A stretch of 64,000 nt of DNA from Octopus sinensis (lineage: Eukaryota). Made by a program: the position numbers and the translations under genes. How positions within the stretch are numbered: position 1 is the first letter of the stretch; every line of letters starts with the position of its first letter. The notes beneath the pieces were generated by a model that was not told the origin of the DNA, made no database searches, and was given only the letters and a program-made list of their open reading frames with translations. This document shows, in pieces, positions 1-11,013 of the stretch. Location: the NCBI RefSeq assembly GCF_006345805.1, contig NC_043012.1, positions 32,612,001 to 32,676,000 on the forward strand, given 5' to 3'.

Positions 1-26
1 ACTAACCACTGAGCCATCTGCCTTCA
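1..26 (-). mobile_element. Edge of tRNA-derived SINE head (truncated by window start)
   Basis: Reverse complement reads GAAGGCAGATGGCTCAGTGGTTAGT, an A-box-like tRNA 5' end. Confidence 0.45.
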
Positions 27-394
27 CACACACATTATATATATCATATCCTACCACCCAAAGCTTATCCTGTAGTTGTACACCTGAAACAAAAACATTT
101 TCAAAATGGAAAGTAGCACATCTAATTCATTTGCACATGCATTGATGTGCATGTGCAGTTCACTCTAAATGCTCATCTTTCTATGAAGGCATTCCATATG
201 TGACCATCCTGCTAAAAGCATTTCAACCAAGACTGCTTGGTTTTTTTTAAAGAGTCTTCTGTGATCGTTCTGCATTCCCGATGTGACCACCCATCTCTTT
301 TAAAAACCAATTTCTTCTGCATGCACCTTACTATCTTCAATATCGTTAAGTAATAACAATTAGCTTATTAAGCTATTAGATAGCAGAACCCAAT

Positions 395-812
395 GGATCT
401 TTTTGGTTTGAACGGCAGTTTTTTCTAGCAGTGTCATATGAAATTGTCACCCATAATCATGACTCTAGTATCGATCTATTGCGTTTCAATCTGTTTTAGA
501 GTTAGGGGTGGGGGGAAGGGTATCTTTTTTTCTTTAGAAATGTAAATAAACCCAATCTATTTCTTAAACGAGGGGCATATTCATACAGCACAGAATGTTT
601 TTTTTTTACCTCAATAGACGTCATTGATTGGTTGAAATTGCAGAAATTGAAGAAAAAAACCCCAACAAATATCTTACAAACTACAGAATTTTCTCAAGAA
701 AGCCAAGAGAAAAAGATGTTTTATAAACACATTCTACCAGTATACGAAGTTTAAAAGTGTTTAGTTACGTGGAAATTATTTTAAAAAACTGCCGTTCAAA
801 CCGAAAAGATCC
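395..812. mobile_element. Non-autonomous TIR DNA transposon (MITE), GG termini, about 8-bp TSD (Merlin/MULE-like)
   Basis: 29-bp TIR GGATCTTTTTGGTTTGAACGGCAGTTTTT vs AAAAACTGCCGTTCAAACCGAAAAGATCC (1 mismatch); flanks AACCCAAT (387-394) and AACCCAAC (813-820); a one-ended copy lies at 9547-9628. Confidence 0.85.
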
Positions 813-1494
813 AACCCAACTATCTTTTATTATTACTTATTTTAGCGGACACATTACATAATGTAGTCTGAAGTGCGTTATATCTGAAGAATATTAAAAA
901 ATGGGTCAGTCTGTCACAACGTCATTGTTTAGCACCAGGTTGGCTCCAATGCAGTTGACTTATGACCCCCTGGCATTCTACCCATAACCATTCCTTCTTT
1001 TATTTTTCATGTTGTACTCTGCATTATACTATACAATGTGTTCTTTTCAATAAAGAAAAAATATGGTAAGATGGGAAATGAAGAAGATTTTGGTTTAAAA
1101 AGAAGAGACGAGATAAGAGATAATCACGTATAGATTGTGGCATGAATATAGGTGTATGGCTCTTAAAAAACATGGATCCACGAATTGAATACAGCAAATA
1201 GTTTAAGACAAAAATAGTTAAGATAACAAATATAAATTACAAAACGTTTAATCGTGGAAGAAATACAAATTTTGACCCTTGAAAAAATCTTTCTAATCCA
1301 TTTAAATTATTGTAATTTTTGAAAACTTTTGAGTTCCTCTTCCTTCAAGCTAACAATACTGGAATCACGTTAATTATAATCATGTCTTTAGAAGATACAT
1401 TTAGCTGAGATTCTTATAAAAAAAAATAATAATTTCTCTGTTGAGATTACATATTTGAACTATTCCAACATAACAACAACACAATGCAATAAAT

Positions 1495-2019
1495 TCAATG
1501 CTGAAGTGTTTCTTTATCAAACATATATTCACCGAGGCCTTCGCCCAACTGCTTCAATCTCGAAATGTAATCAGAGATTTTCTTGATGTTTTCAACTTGT
1601 TTTCCAAGGGCGATCTTCTTCAGGAACCCAATCAGCTGAGGATCGCCGTTCTTTTTAGCGCACAAAACCAGCTTCAGAAATTGCTGGTTGATATTTTTCT
1701 CAACGACGAGCGAATATTCCATGGCCGAAGCACCAGAATCCCAAAACGAAGTCTCCGGTTCGTCGATATTCTGCAAGACAACGCGACCACCACGTTTGTT
1801 TTGGTACTCCATCAGTTTGTCCGCTTGATGGAGATGCTGACGGTTTAGCTGCTCGAAGAAGAGATGGAATCCCTTCAGAGCAACATCACTCCTGTCGTAA
1901 TGTGCAGCCTGGCACTGGTTCACGTAGGCTGACTTGAGTAACACGTTGATGCATTCGTTCAAAGTCTCCTCGCAATTGCGATGAAAATTCTGTCGAGCAG
2001 ACATTTTCCTCAGGTTCAT
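1495..2019 (-). CDS. Intronless ferritin-like protein (divergent soma/H-ferritin homolog, predicted ferroxidase-inactive), probable retrogene
   Basis: 174-aa intact ORF with ferritin motifs RQNFH, DRSDVALKGF, KLMEYQNKRGGRVVLQ, EKNINQ, GLGEYMFDKETL; colinear with H-ferritin through helices A-D; alternative start Met6 (MSARQNF). Confidence 0.93.
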   Translation of the reverse strand: MNLRKMSARQNFHRNCEETLNECINVLLKSAYVNQCQAAHYDRSDVALKGFHLFFEQLNRQHLHQADKLMEYQNKRGGRVVLQNIDEPETSFWDSGASAMEYSLVVEKNINQQFLKLVLCAKKNGDPQLIGFLKKIALGKQVENIKKISDYISRLKQLGEGLGEYMFDKETLQH

Positions 2020-2026
2020 GCTGTTT

Positions 2027-2051
2027 GGTCACGTGACCTACCCACATCCGG
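2027..2051. promoter_or_regulatory. Perfect 12-bp palindromic E-box (CLEAR/USF-type GTCACGTGAC) plus ETS-like CCGGATGTG just upstream of the ferritin-like ORF
   Basis: GGTCACGTGACC at 2027-2038; CACATCCGG at 2043-2051; function inferred only from motif match and position. Confidence 0.4.
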
Positions 2052-2095
2052 TGAAGGAGGTTCGGAGACTCTCTCAGAAATAATCCTCCACCCCT

Positions 2096-2100
2096 ATTTT

Positions 2101-2143
<43 letters not shown>

Positions 2144-2180
2144 TTTTTTATTTATTTATTATTTATTTATTTATTTATTT

Positions 2181-2212
<32 letters not shown>

Positions 2213-2272
2213 CTTATTTACTTACTTACTTATTTATTTATTTATTTATTTATTTACTTATTTATTTATTTA
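2096..2272. repeat. (TTTA)n microsatellite
   Basis: Direct reading. Confidence 0.95.
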
Positions 2273-2458
2273 TCTGTATTTACTGTACTTTAATACACGT
2301 AAACACGTGTTTATGCTTTTATTTATTTACGCAACGACGATTCCAAAATATTGCCGTTAATTATCTGTTAAATATCAGTTTTATTACTATTACCTAAATT
2401 TTAGGAATTTTTCATGTTCAAGTATCTGTAATAACGATTGTTGAGGTCAGGGTACTTG

Positions 2459-2645
2459 GGCGATCCTTCGGTATAGGTATCGTGAATACCGGAAGTGGCT
2501 TTGTTTACATTTCTGAAGATAACAGAAACCCTTTTCTCCCACCCCTAACCTTAACCCTAACCCTAACCCCCCCCCCATATATAGAAAAAAAAACACTTTC
2601 TTGAAATGTATCCGGTACTTCCGGTACCTATACCGAAGTTACGCC
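2459..2645. mobile_element. Small fold-back/MITE-like element with internal (CCCTAA)n telomere-like repeats
   Basis: CTTCGGTATAGGTA (2466-2479) inverted to TACCTATACCGAAG (2625-2638); CCCTAA repeats at about 2543-2567; no clear TSD. Confidence 0.55.
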
Positions 2646-4725
2646 ACGGTGATCTCCTAATGTACCACAAAATACTATACTCCAGAGTATCCTGGACTCA
2701 ATATGGGCAGCATGTGCAGCATCAGTGCCACGTAAACAAAAAAAGAAGAACCGCCCCAAAAGGGCAATTTGGGAAACTTCAGCGGTCCGACTTGCCAGGA
2801 AGGAACGTCGAACTGCTGAACAGGAATACAAGTTGCATAAATCAGACACCAACAGGAAGAAGCGGAATAAGTGACAAAAAATGCAGTGCTTGAATTTGAA
2901 CAGTGCATAGCAGCCAATCCTGACAGCAGGGTTTTCTGGAAATATGTGCATTCAAAGCAGAGACCTCACTCTCCAGTGGGCCCTCTTCGCAACCCTCACA
3001 CAAACCAGATCACTGACGACCCCAAGGAATGCGCAGAACTCATTGCCGAGTGCTATGCAAACATATTCACTGTTGAAAGTCAAAATGTACCATCTTCACC
3101 ATCACTAACAGCAAACTCCATAACAACTATGGAATTTACACCTGCAATGCTGCGACGTCACCTTCAAAATAAGCGCAACTATGCCTCCCCTGGTCTCGAT
3201 GGAGTTACATACATGCTTCTCAAACGTGGCAGGCACTTCCTTTTACACCAGCTTTCTATTTTCTTCCAGTACTGTCTCAACAATGGTGCTACTCCGGAGC
3301 AGTGGAAAACTGCCAGTGTCATTCCTCTGTTCAAAAAGGGTGACCGCACATCACCTGTCAACTATCGCCCAGTCAGTCTCACTAGCTGTATTGCAAAACT
3401 GATGGAATCGTGTGTCAGAGAAACACTCTGGAACTTCTGGAGCTCTCACAGTCTCATCCGACCCTCACAATATGGATTTGTCCCTAATCCAGCTGCAGTG
3501 ACCAGCTTGTCGAGTTCCTTGAGGACATTACTCAGATCACTGACAGTGGCTCATGGGTGGATGTTGTCTACCTTGACTTTGCTAAGGCTTTCAACTCTGT
3601 GCCACACAAAAGGGTTATGGTGAAACTCTCTGCAATGGGTGTGGGGGATGACCTTTTTAACTGGTTGAAATCCTTCATCCTCAGCCAAAAGGAGGTAGTC
3701 ACAGTTCTAGGACAGCACTCTACACCATATGAGATGTCATCGGGTGTACCACAGGGATCTGTCCTTGGTCCCCTCCTGTTTGTGGCATACATTAATGACA
3801 TAGATGCCAATTTAAAGAATGCCACAGTATTGAAATATGCAGACGACATCAAGCTGTACCTTAAAATCAAGAGGACTGATCCTGATGTCTACAACTCTTT
3901 CCTGCAATCAGACCTAGACACAATGCAGCAATGGATCACAGACTGGCAACTGAAACTGGCTGTGGACAAGTGTACCACCATGCATTTTGGGAGAAAAAAC
4001 CCTGCGTCCACATACTCCCTCCACAACACTGATATCAAGAAATCCTCTTGCGAGCGTGACCTAGGCATCACTGTCAGCAGTGATTTGCGTTGGACAAAGC
4101 ATATCTCTAAAATTGTCAAGAAGGCCGAGGGTGTCTTGGCATCACTCAGCAAGACTTTTGTTAGCCGCTCTCCAGCCATCTATTTAAAACTGTATACAGC
4201 TATGGTACGACCACACTTGGAATTCGCATCATCAGTTTGGCATCCCTATCTTGCTCAGAACATTGACCTCCTGGAATCTGTCCAGAGACGTGCAACCAAA
4301 CGCATACCCTCCATCAGACACCTACCATATTCTGAGCGCCTTGTTTCCCTGGGCATGGATTCACTGAAGCTCCGGCGTCTGGCGACGGACTTGGTAAACA
4401 CCCACAAGGTTATCAACCACCTCACCAACAACAACACTGAACACCTTTTTGATCTCCATGTGTCTAACACACGTGGACATGCCTACAAAGTCAGAAAACA
4501 ACACAGCTCCCATGACTTTCGGAAACATTTTTTCACGCTCAGAGTTGCTGAAGCATGGAATAAACTGCCTGCGTCAGTTGTTGACTGCCATGGCACTGCA
4601 TCCTTTAAGGCCCTCATGCTTTCCGAAATCCGCCGAAACTACACCTGATTATATATACACTTTAGATGAGTTGTAGTGCACCTGAGCACTGTACACAATT
4701 ATTATTATTATTATTATTATTATTA
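2646..4725 (+). mobile_element. 5'-truncated CR1-clade LINE (ORF2 reverse transcriptase with one frameshift near 3490), short 3' UTR, (ATT)n tail
   Basis: Motifs SPGLDG, WKTASVIPLFKKGDR, NYRPVSLTS, QYGF in the 2871 ORF; then YLDFAKAF, GVPQGSVLGPLLF, YADD, RPHLEFASSVW in the 3557-4648 ORF; no APE domain seen. Confidence 0.92.
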
Positions 4726-4729
4726 AAAC

Positions 4730-6500
4730 ACATTTTTTGTTCGGAAAAGGGGTAGGGTGGGGTGGAACTATCGCCCCCCCTCCCCGCCATTTTCATGGGT
4801 AAAATTTTTTTGGCTAATGTTTACAATATTATTCGGAAACGAAAAAAAAAAATTAATACGACGGTTGTAAATAAAATGTGTATGAAACGAATATGAAAAC
4901 AGAAACGCGCGTGCAAAGCAATAGGGGTAGGGGTGGGGAGAGGACTTTCGGAAAATTCCCAAGATCCGAGTTTTTCCTTCATATCCTTTAGGAAAATGGT
5001 TTTTTTTTTTTTTAAATGAAATTTTGTATAAATACCTTTCATATGGCATAGATTGTGATTATAAAGAAATTTGTGGGTAAAATCTTTTCCGAGGGAGTTT
5101 AATAATAATAATGAAATTATTGTATACAGTGCTCAGGTGCACCACAACTTGTCAAAAGTGCGTATAGAGTATATGCAGTAATGTACAAATGTCTGGAAAG
5201 CGAGCAATGTATGAGTCAGATACATGCTTGTGTGTGTATGGAGGGGAGAAAGTCAGGTGTAGTGTTGGCGAATCTCAGAAAGCATGGAAGTTTTGAAGGA
5301 TGCAGTGCTCCGACAACTAACAACTGACGCCGGCAGTTTGTTCCATGCTTCAGCAACTCTCAGCGTGAAAAAAATGTTTCCTAAAGTCATGGGAGCTGTG
5401 CTGTTTTCTGACTTTGTAAATATGTTCACGGGTGTTAGACGGGTGGTGTTTGAAAAGGTGCTCAGAGTTATTGTTTGTAAGATGGTTAATAATTTTATGT
5501 GTGTCTGCCAAGTCAGCTTCCAGACGTCAGAATTTCAATGTGTCCATGCCCAGGGAAGTAAGGCGTTCAGAATATGGCAAATGCCTGATGGAGGGTATTC
5601 TTTTGGTTGCACGTCACTGGAGCGCTTCCAGACGATTGATATCCTGGGCAAGATAGGGGTTCCAGACCGATGATGCAAATTCCAGGTGAGGTCTTACCAT
5701 AGCTATATAAAGCCACAGATAGATAGTCGGAGAGCGGCTCACAAAGGATTTGGTGAGTGATGCCAAGACACCCTCAGCCTTCTTGACAATATTAGCGATG
5801 TGTTTTGTCCAACGCAAATCACTGTCAACAATAACACCCAGGTCACGTTCACATGGAAGACTTTTTGAGATTAGTGTTGTGGAGGGAGTAGGTGGACGCT
5901 GGGTTTCTCCTCCCAAAATGCATGGTGGTACATTTGTCCACAGCCAGCTTGAGTTGCCAGTCCATGATCCACTGCTGCATTGTGTCCAGGTCTGCTTGCA
6001 ATAGAGATCTATAGTGTACAGGATCTGACCTCTTTATTTTGAGGTACAGCTTGATGTCATCTGCATATTTCAGCACTGTGGCATTCTTTAAGTTGGCATC
6101 TATGTCATTAACATATGCAACAGATAAGAGGGGGCCAAGAACAGATCCCTGTGGTACACCAGATGTCATCTCATAGGGTGAAGAGTTCTGTGACAACCTC
6201 TTTTTGGCCGAAAATAAAGGACTTCAACCAGTTATAGAGTTCGTCTCGTCTAGAGTTGGGAAAGAACTTTCGAAAAATTCAGACGGTCCGATTTTTTCGC
6301 CCATAACTTATAATGAAATTTGTAGGAGAAATCCTTTCCAATCTTGTGAATTTTCCGAAAGTCCTCTCCCCACCCCGTTGCTTTGCGCGCATTTTTATTT
6401 TCATATTCGTTTCGTACACATTTTTTTACACCCATTGCACCATTTTGTTTTGTTTTCGCTTCTAGGTAATATTGTTATCATTAACCAATTTTTTTGCTGT
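4730..6500. mobile_element. Degenerate long-inverted-repeat element interrupted by a CR1 insertion
   Basis: About 4865-4965 (AAAATGTGTATGAAACGAATATGAAAA...GGGGAGAGGACTTTCGGAAAATTCCCAAGAT) is the reverse complement of about 6342-6430. Confidence 0.6.
5101..6195 (-). mobile_element. 5'-truncated CR1-clade LINE, frameshifted, longer 3' UTR variant
   Basis: Peptides GVPQGSVLGPLL, YADDIKLY, RPHLEFASSVWNPY close to those of the 3557 ORF; (ATT)n tail at 5101. Confidence 0.92.
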
Positions 6501-6711
6501 TTCTTAATATATGTCACAAAACACTTTAGTAAATTTTTATAAGTACACCCATCAAAATTTACTGAATAGTCTAAATGCTGATTGAACAGGATGGAGTAAA
6601 ATTAGTGTCCCATCTTCCCAAAAGTTGTTTTGGACCAAAGGTAGAAATAGTAATTTTTCGTTGTCAATTATTAAAACAAAATCAAGAAGGTAATGATAAT
6701 CCTTTTTTCTT

Positions 6712-7235
6712 TCATCATCATCACCATCGTTTAACGTCTGCTTTCCATGATAGTATGGGTTGGACGAATGACTGAGGGCTGGCAAACCAGATGGCTGCAC
6801 CAGGCTTCAATCTTGATCTGGCAGAGTTTCTACAGCTGGATGCCCTTCCTAATGCCAACAATTATTATATTATAATAAAATATATAAAATATATTATATT
6901 TTATACAAACAATAAGATCATCATCTTAATCTTTATTTCATCCACAAACCCCGCAGTCGGTATTTAATTCCTGTTTCTATAGTATGTATAGATGATAAAT
7001 TGGCGGAATTCTGGTTTAAGCACCCTGTATAACCCCTTATAACTTTTTTCATTTTTTGGAATTTTCAGAAAATTTTTGCAAATTTGTGTTCTACACCCAG
7101 GAATTGAAGGGCATCCAGCTGTAGAAATACTGCCAGATCAGACTGGAGCCTGGTGCAGCCTCCTGCTTTCCAGACCCTGGAACCACTAACCCATGCTAGC
7201 ATGGAAAGCGGACGTTAAACGATGATGATGATGAT
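6712..7235. mobile_element. Two oppositely oriented fragments (6712-6860 minus; 7105-7235 plus) of the RTE-associated (GAT)n-tailed repeat
   Basis: Shared GAAGGGCATCCAGCTGTAGAAA and CCATGCTAGCATGGAAAGCGGACGTTAAACGATGATG. Confidence 0.8.
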
Positions 7236-7778
7236 ATTGTACTTACGGTTTGTTGATGTAGATCATTGATGGTTTCTTTGGATTCTGGTGTGTTAGTTAG
7301 ATTGTCTTAAGCAAAGAAAACATGTACCTTCTTCACTAATTTGGCATTCATCAAAATATAATGGTCATACTTTCCCTAAGCATTTTACTTGGTCTTCTGA
7401 AATGAAAAATTCTGAAAAATACTTTTAACGAGACAACAGTAATCAAAGGAATCCTTTAATGAAATTACTTCAGGAAAATCCATGTATAGATTTAATACAC
7501 AGGTTAGGTTCATCTGAGCTCAGTTCTTAATTCTTTACTGTTTATTTATGGTCCTCCAAGCCATAACAGAGAAGTTTAAGACTGGCTGTCTATGGGACCT
7601 TGTATGCTGATCAACTTGTTCTGATAGTCAAATCAGTAAAATAATTAAATGGAAAGCTCAAAAGCAGAAAGCAGTGTCTAGAATTGAGAGGTCTAAAAGT
7701 AAATCAAGCAAAGACAAAAATCTAAGAAAGGAAAATACAGAACTCTTCTGCCATGTATGAAGTGGTTATGTTTGGAAT

Positions 7779-7997
7779 GTAGTTGTCGGAGCACTGCATC
7801 CTTCAAAACTTCCATGCTTCCTGAGATTCGCCAACACTACACCTGATTTTCTCCCCTCCATACACCCGCAAGCATGTATCTGACTCATACACTGTTCGCT
7901 TTCCAGACATTTGTACATTACTGCATATACTTTTTATGCACTTTTGACAAGTTGTGGTGCACCTGAGCACTGTATACAATCATTTCATTATTATTAT
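7779..7997 (+). mobile_element. CR1 3'-end fragment
   Basis: Matches the reverse complement of 5101-5320; ends GTGCACCTGAGCACTGTATACAAT...(ATT)n; another copy at about 18354-18512. Confidence 0.85.
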
Positions 7998-8767
7998 TTT
8001 TATATAGAAATGGAATTGGTAGAAACTTCCTATGTAACAAATGTACAAGAGTTGGATGGCTGTAAGAACAGCTTTAAATGAATTTCTACAAATGCCTTGA
8101 AGGCTCCATAGAAATAGGTTACTGATCCTATTAACAAGGTGACCTTATCACCAATATTCTGAAAGCATAGTAGCAGAACAGAGCAGAAAATGTTTAGGGT
8201 GCCATTACATTGGCTGCCAATATAGACGCCTCTCTCTGAATGAAGAGCAGAATGTATGATGCTTGAATTCTTTTATGTGTCACTAGTACTGTCCACAACT
8301 ATAATTTCCCCAAGCTTGACATGTCTTCTCAAGCACAACAAATCGCCAACAGTCTTGATCACTTGTCGAGACTCAACATACAAAGTTCAAGTAGCTTCTG
8401 TTTCTGGACGGGACACAGGGCCATCAGAAGTTAAGTCGAAAAGTAAAACTGATGCCCATTGCTGTATCTGTATTAGAAAATATAAAACTGATGAACCAAT
8501 ATGTAAAATTAATTTAGCCACTGTAATTTATAAACATGTGATACCATCAAAGTAAATGGAATGCTGGATTTGTTTGTTAAATTTAAAAGGAATCAATAAT
8601 TGTTTTGTTTTTGTGGATTTTACAAAAATAAATTAAAAAAAGAAATGTCCAACACATACTATTCGTATGGAGAAATGGACATAAAAAGGAATGAATAAAT
8701 TTCTCATTTCTAAATAACAATCACTACAGTTAAATGAGACGAACAACAGTCTGCATGGGCACCAAAT

Positions 8768-9161
8768 GTGGAATGTGGAAGCACTCCGTCGGTTACGACG
8801 ACGAGGGTTCCGGTTGATCCGAATCAACGGAACAGCCTGCTCGTGAAATTAACGTGTAAGTGGGTGAGCACTCCACAGACACGTGCACCCTTAACGTAGT
8901 TCTCGGGGATATTCAGCGTGACACAGAGAGTGACAAGGCCGGCCCCTTGAAATACAGGTACAACAGAAACAGGAAGTAAGAGTGAGAGAAAGTTGTGGTG
9001 AAAGAGTACAGCAGGGATCACCACCATCCCCTGCCGGAGCCTCGTGAAGCTTTAGGTGTTTTCGCTCAATAAACACTCACAACGCCCGGTCTGGGAATCG
9101 AAACCGCGACCCTATGACCGCGAGTCCACTGCCCTAACCACTGGGCCATTGCGCCTCCACT
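8768..9161 (-). mobile_element. Full-length tRNA-derived SINE (about 390 bp) with 13-bp TSD
   Basis: Head GGAGGCGCAATGGCCCAGTGGTTAG...GGTTTCGATTCCC (A/B boxes); TSD ATGGGCACCAAAT at 8755-8767 and 9162-9174. Confidence 0.9.
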
Positions 9162-9934
9162 ATGGGCACCAAATACTTATTGTAAAAAGGCAAAAATTGG
9201 AGACAAATGGTACGAGAAGAAATATATGAGTAGAAATCTTTCCTTGAAAGAATACCCGAAAAATACCATCAAACAGGAAAGAAACGAAAATGATTTGTTC
9301 TAGAGAGAAATTCTAATTAAAACAACCTAGAAATTTAGGGTGATTGCCGAGTTATCTCCCATGTATAATGAAGAAAAAGTTCTTTTAGTGTCTAGAGCAA
9401 TGCTTCCAAACCGATGTTACGTAAAAAAATAGTGATAAATAGGCTGATTATATGCAAATGTGTTTTTGAGCAATTTCTTTTAATGTTTAATCTGTATTCG
9501 TAATTATATAAGGTAAATAAATCTTGGATCAGTAAGTAGTAAGACAGGATCTTTTCGCTTTGAGCGGCAGATTTTAAAAATAATTTCTTTGTAACTAAAC
9601 ACTTTTAAACTTCGTATACTGGTAGAATATAAATGTATTTACCAAGAGTAATTAGTAGCTTAGATTAAGTGAGAGGATTTGAATAGAGGATTAAAAATTC
9701 ACTTACAGATCTTACTCACCACCATCATATTTTCATTTCGGTCAACTGAAAAGGCAGAAGAAATGGGAATCTTATGTGAATATCATTTTGTAATAATTGT
9801 TTAAATTCTAAAACAATTTCAGAAAATATAAATACTTTTATGAAACCTTAAATTCTTTGAAATCATCAACGAATTTCAGCAAAAAGTTATAAAATCGTAA
9901 CATGATAAGAAATAATGCTACGTTATTAAGAGGA

Positions 9935-10563
9935 AGGTAGCAACCCGGCAGAATCGTTGTACACCGGACGAAATGTTTAGAGGCATCTCGTCCGTCTTTA
10001 TGTTCTGAGTTCAAATTTCGTCGATGGCGAGTTTACCTTTCCTCCTTTCAGAGTCGATAAAATAAATACCAATTGAATACTGGTGTCGATTTAATCGACT
10101 TATTCCTCCCATGAAATGGCTGGCCTTATGCCAAAATTAAAAAAGGATTATAATTATATATTTCTTTACTGCCCACAAGGAGCTAAACATAGAGGGGACA
10201 AACAAAGGGATTAAGTCGATTACATCGACCCCAGTGCGAAACTGGTACTTAATTTATCGACCCCGAAAGGATGAAAGGCAAAGTCGACCTCGGCGGAATT
10301 TGAACTCAGAACGTAGCGGCAGACGAAATACCTATTTTTTTACTACCCACAAGGAGCTAAACACAGAGAGGACAAACAAAGACAGACAAACGGATTAAGT
10401 CGATTATATCGACTCCAGTGCATAACTGGTACTTAATTTATCGACCCCGAAAGGATGAAAGGCAAAGTCGACCTCGGCGGAATGTGAACTCAGAACGTAA
10501 CGGCAGACGAAATACCGCTAAGCATTTCGCCTGGCGCGCTAACGTGTCTGCCAGCTCGCCGCC
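9935..10563. mobile_element. tRNA-derived SINEs with Meta-like central domain (plus-strand old copy 9935-10140; minus-strand dimer 10161-10563)
   Basis: GGCGGCGAGCTGGCAGA head, GAGTTCAAATTCC B box, GCCTTTCATCCTTTCGGGGTCGATAAATTAAGTACCAG domain. Further copies at about 12613-12996, 14925-15105, 21855-22080, 25817-26050, 28086-28383, 30800-30930, 32872-33102, 36531-36763, 40147-40366, 48385-48980, 51483-51900 and 61260-61445. Confidence 0.88.
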
Positions 10564-10615
10564 TCATATTATCATTATGCAAAGTTTTCCTTCGGTAGTT
10601 TTATGTGAATTTTTG

Positions 10616-11013
10616 GGGGTACTTTTTGGTTATCTCACCCCATTAAAAAAAATTGGGTTACCTCCCCACTAAAAAATTGAGTTTATGTGGTGACAAGAGA
10701 TTGGATTAAAAAGGGTTAGATCCTTTTGATTCAGTGCTTAAACACATTGTTGACATTTGGCCTCCTCAATAGGCATGGTAGGATTTGTTTCGAAAATGTT
10801 AATTATATTCAATAAGATAATTAATTTTTTCAGTTTTCTTGTTTATTAATTTTTTCAGTTTTCATGTTTATTGATTTTTCATTTTTTTTGTTTTATTGAA
10901 GGATAAACAATTTTTTTAGGTGAGGGAGATAACCAAAAGTTCCGATATTTTTCTTAAAACGGAGGGAGTTGATCCAATTTTTTAATGGGGGTGAGATAAC
11001 CAAAGAGTACCCC
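10616..11013. mobile_element. MITE with GGGG termini and apparent 6-bp TSD
   Basis: GGGGTACTTTTTGGTTATCTCACCCC vs GGGGTGAGATAACCAAAGAGTACCCC; TTTTTG at 10610-10615 and 11014-11019. Confidence 0.8.

Noticed and set aside
1498-1848. 116-aa ORF antisense to the ferritin-like gene
   Set aside because: Shadow frame of the real CDS with no independent motif
1981-2397. 138-aa hydrophobic ORF and the many similar YI/CV/poly-X ORFs in the track
   Set aside because: Translations of microsatellites
2543-2570. (CCCTAA)n as an interstitial telomere or fusion site
   Set aside because: Only about 4 imperfect units and internal to an inverted-repeat element
9085-9160. tRNA gene calls at SINE heads
   Set aside because: No acceptor-stem closure; they continue into SINE bodies with TSDs
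7247-9745. Minus-strand micro-exons 7247-7305 and 9720-9745 as upstream exons of the ferritin-like gene
   Set aside because: Phases are incompatible and there is no polypyrimidine acceptor upstream of the ferritin ATG
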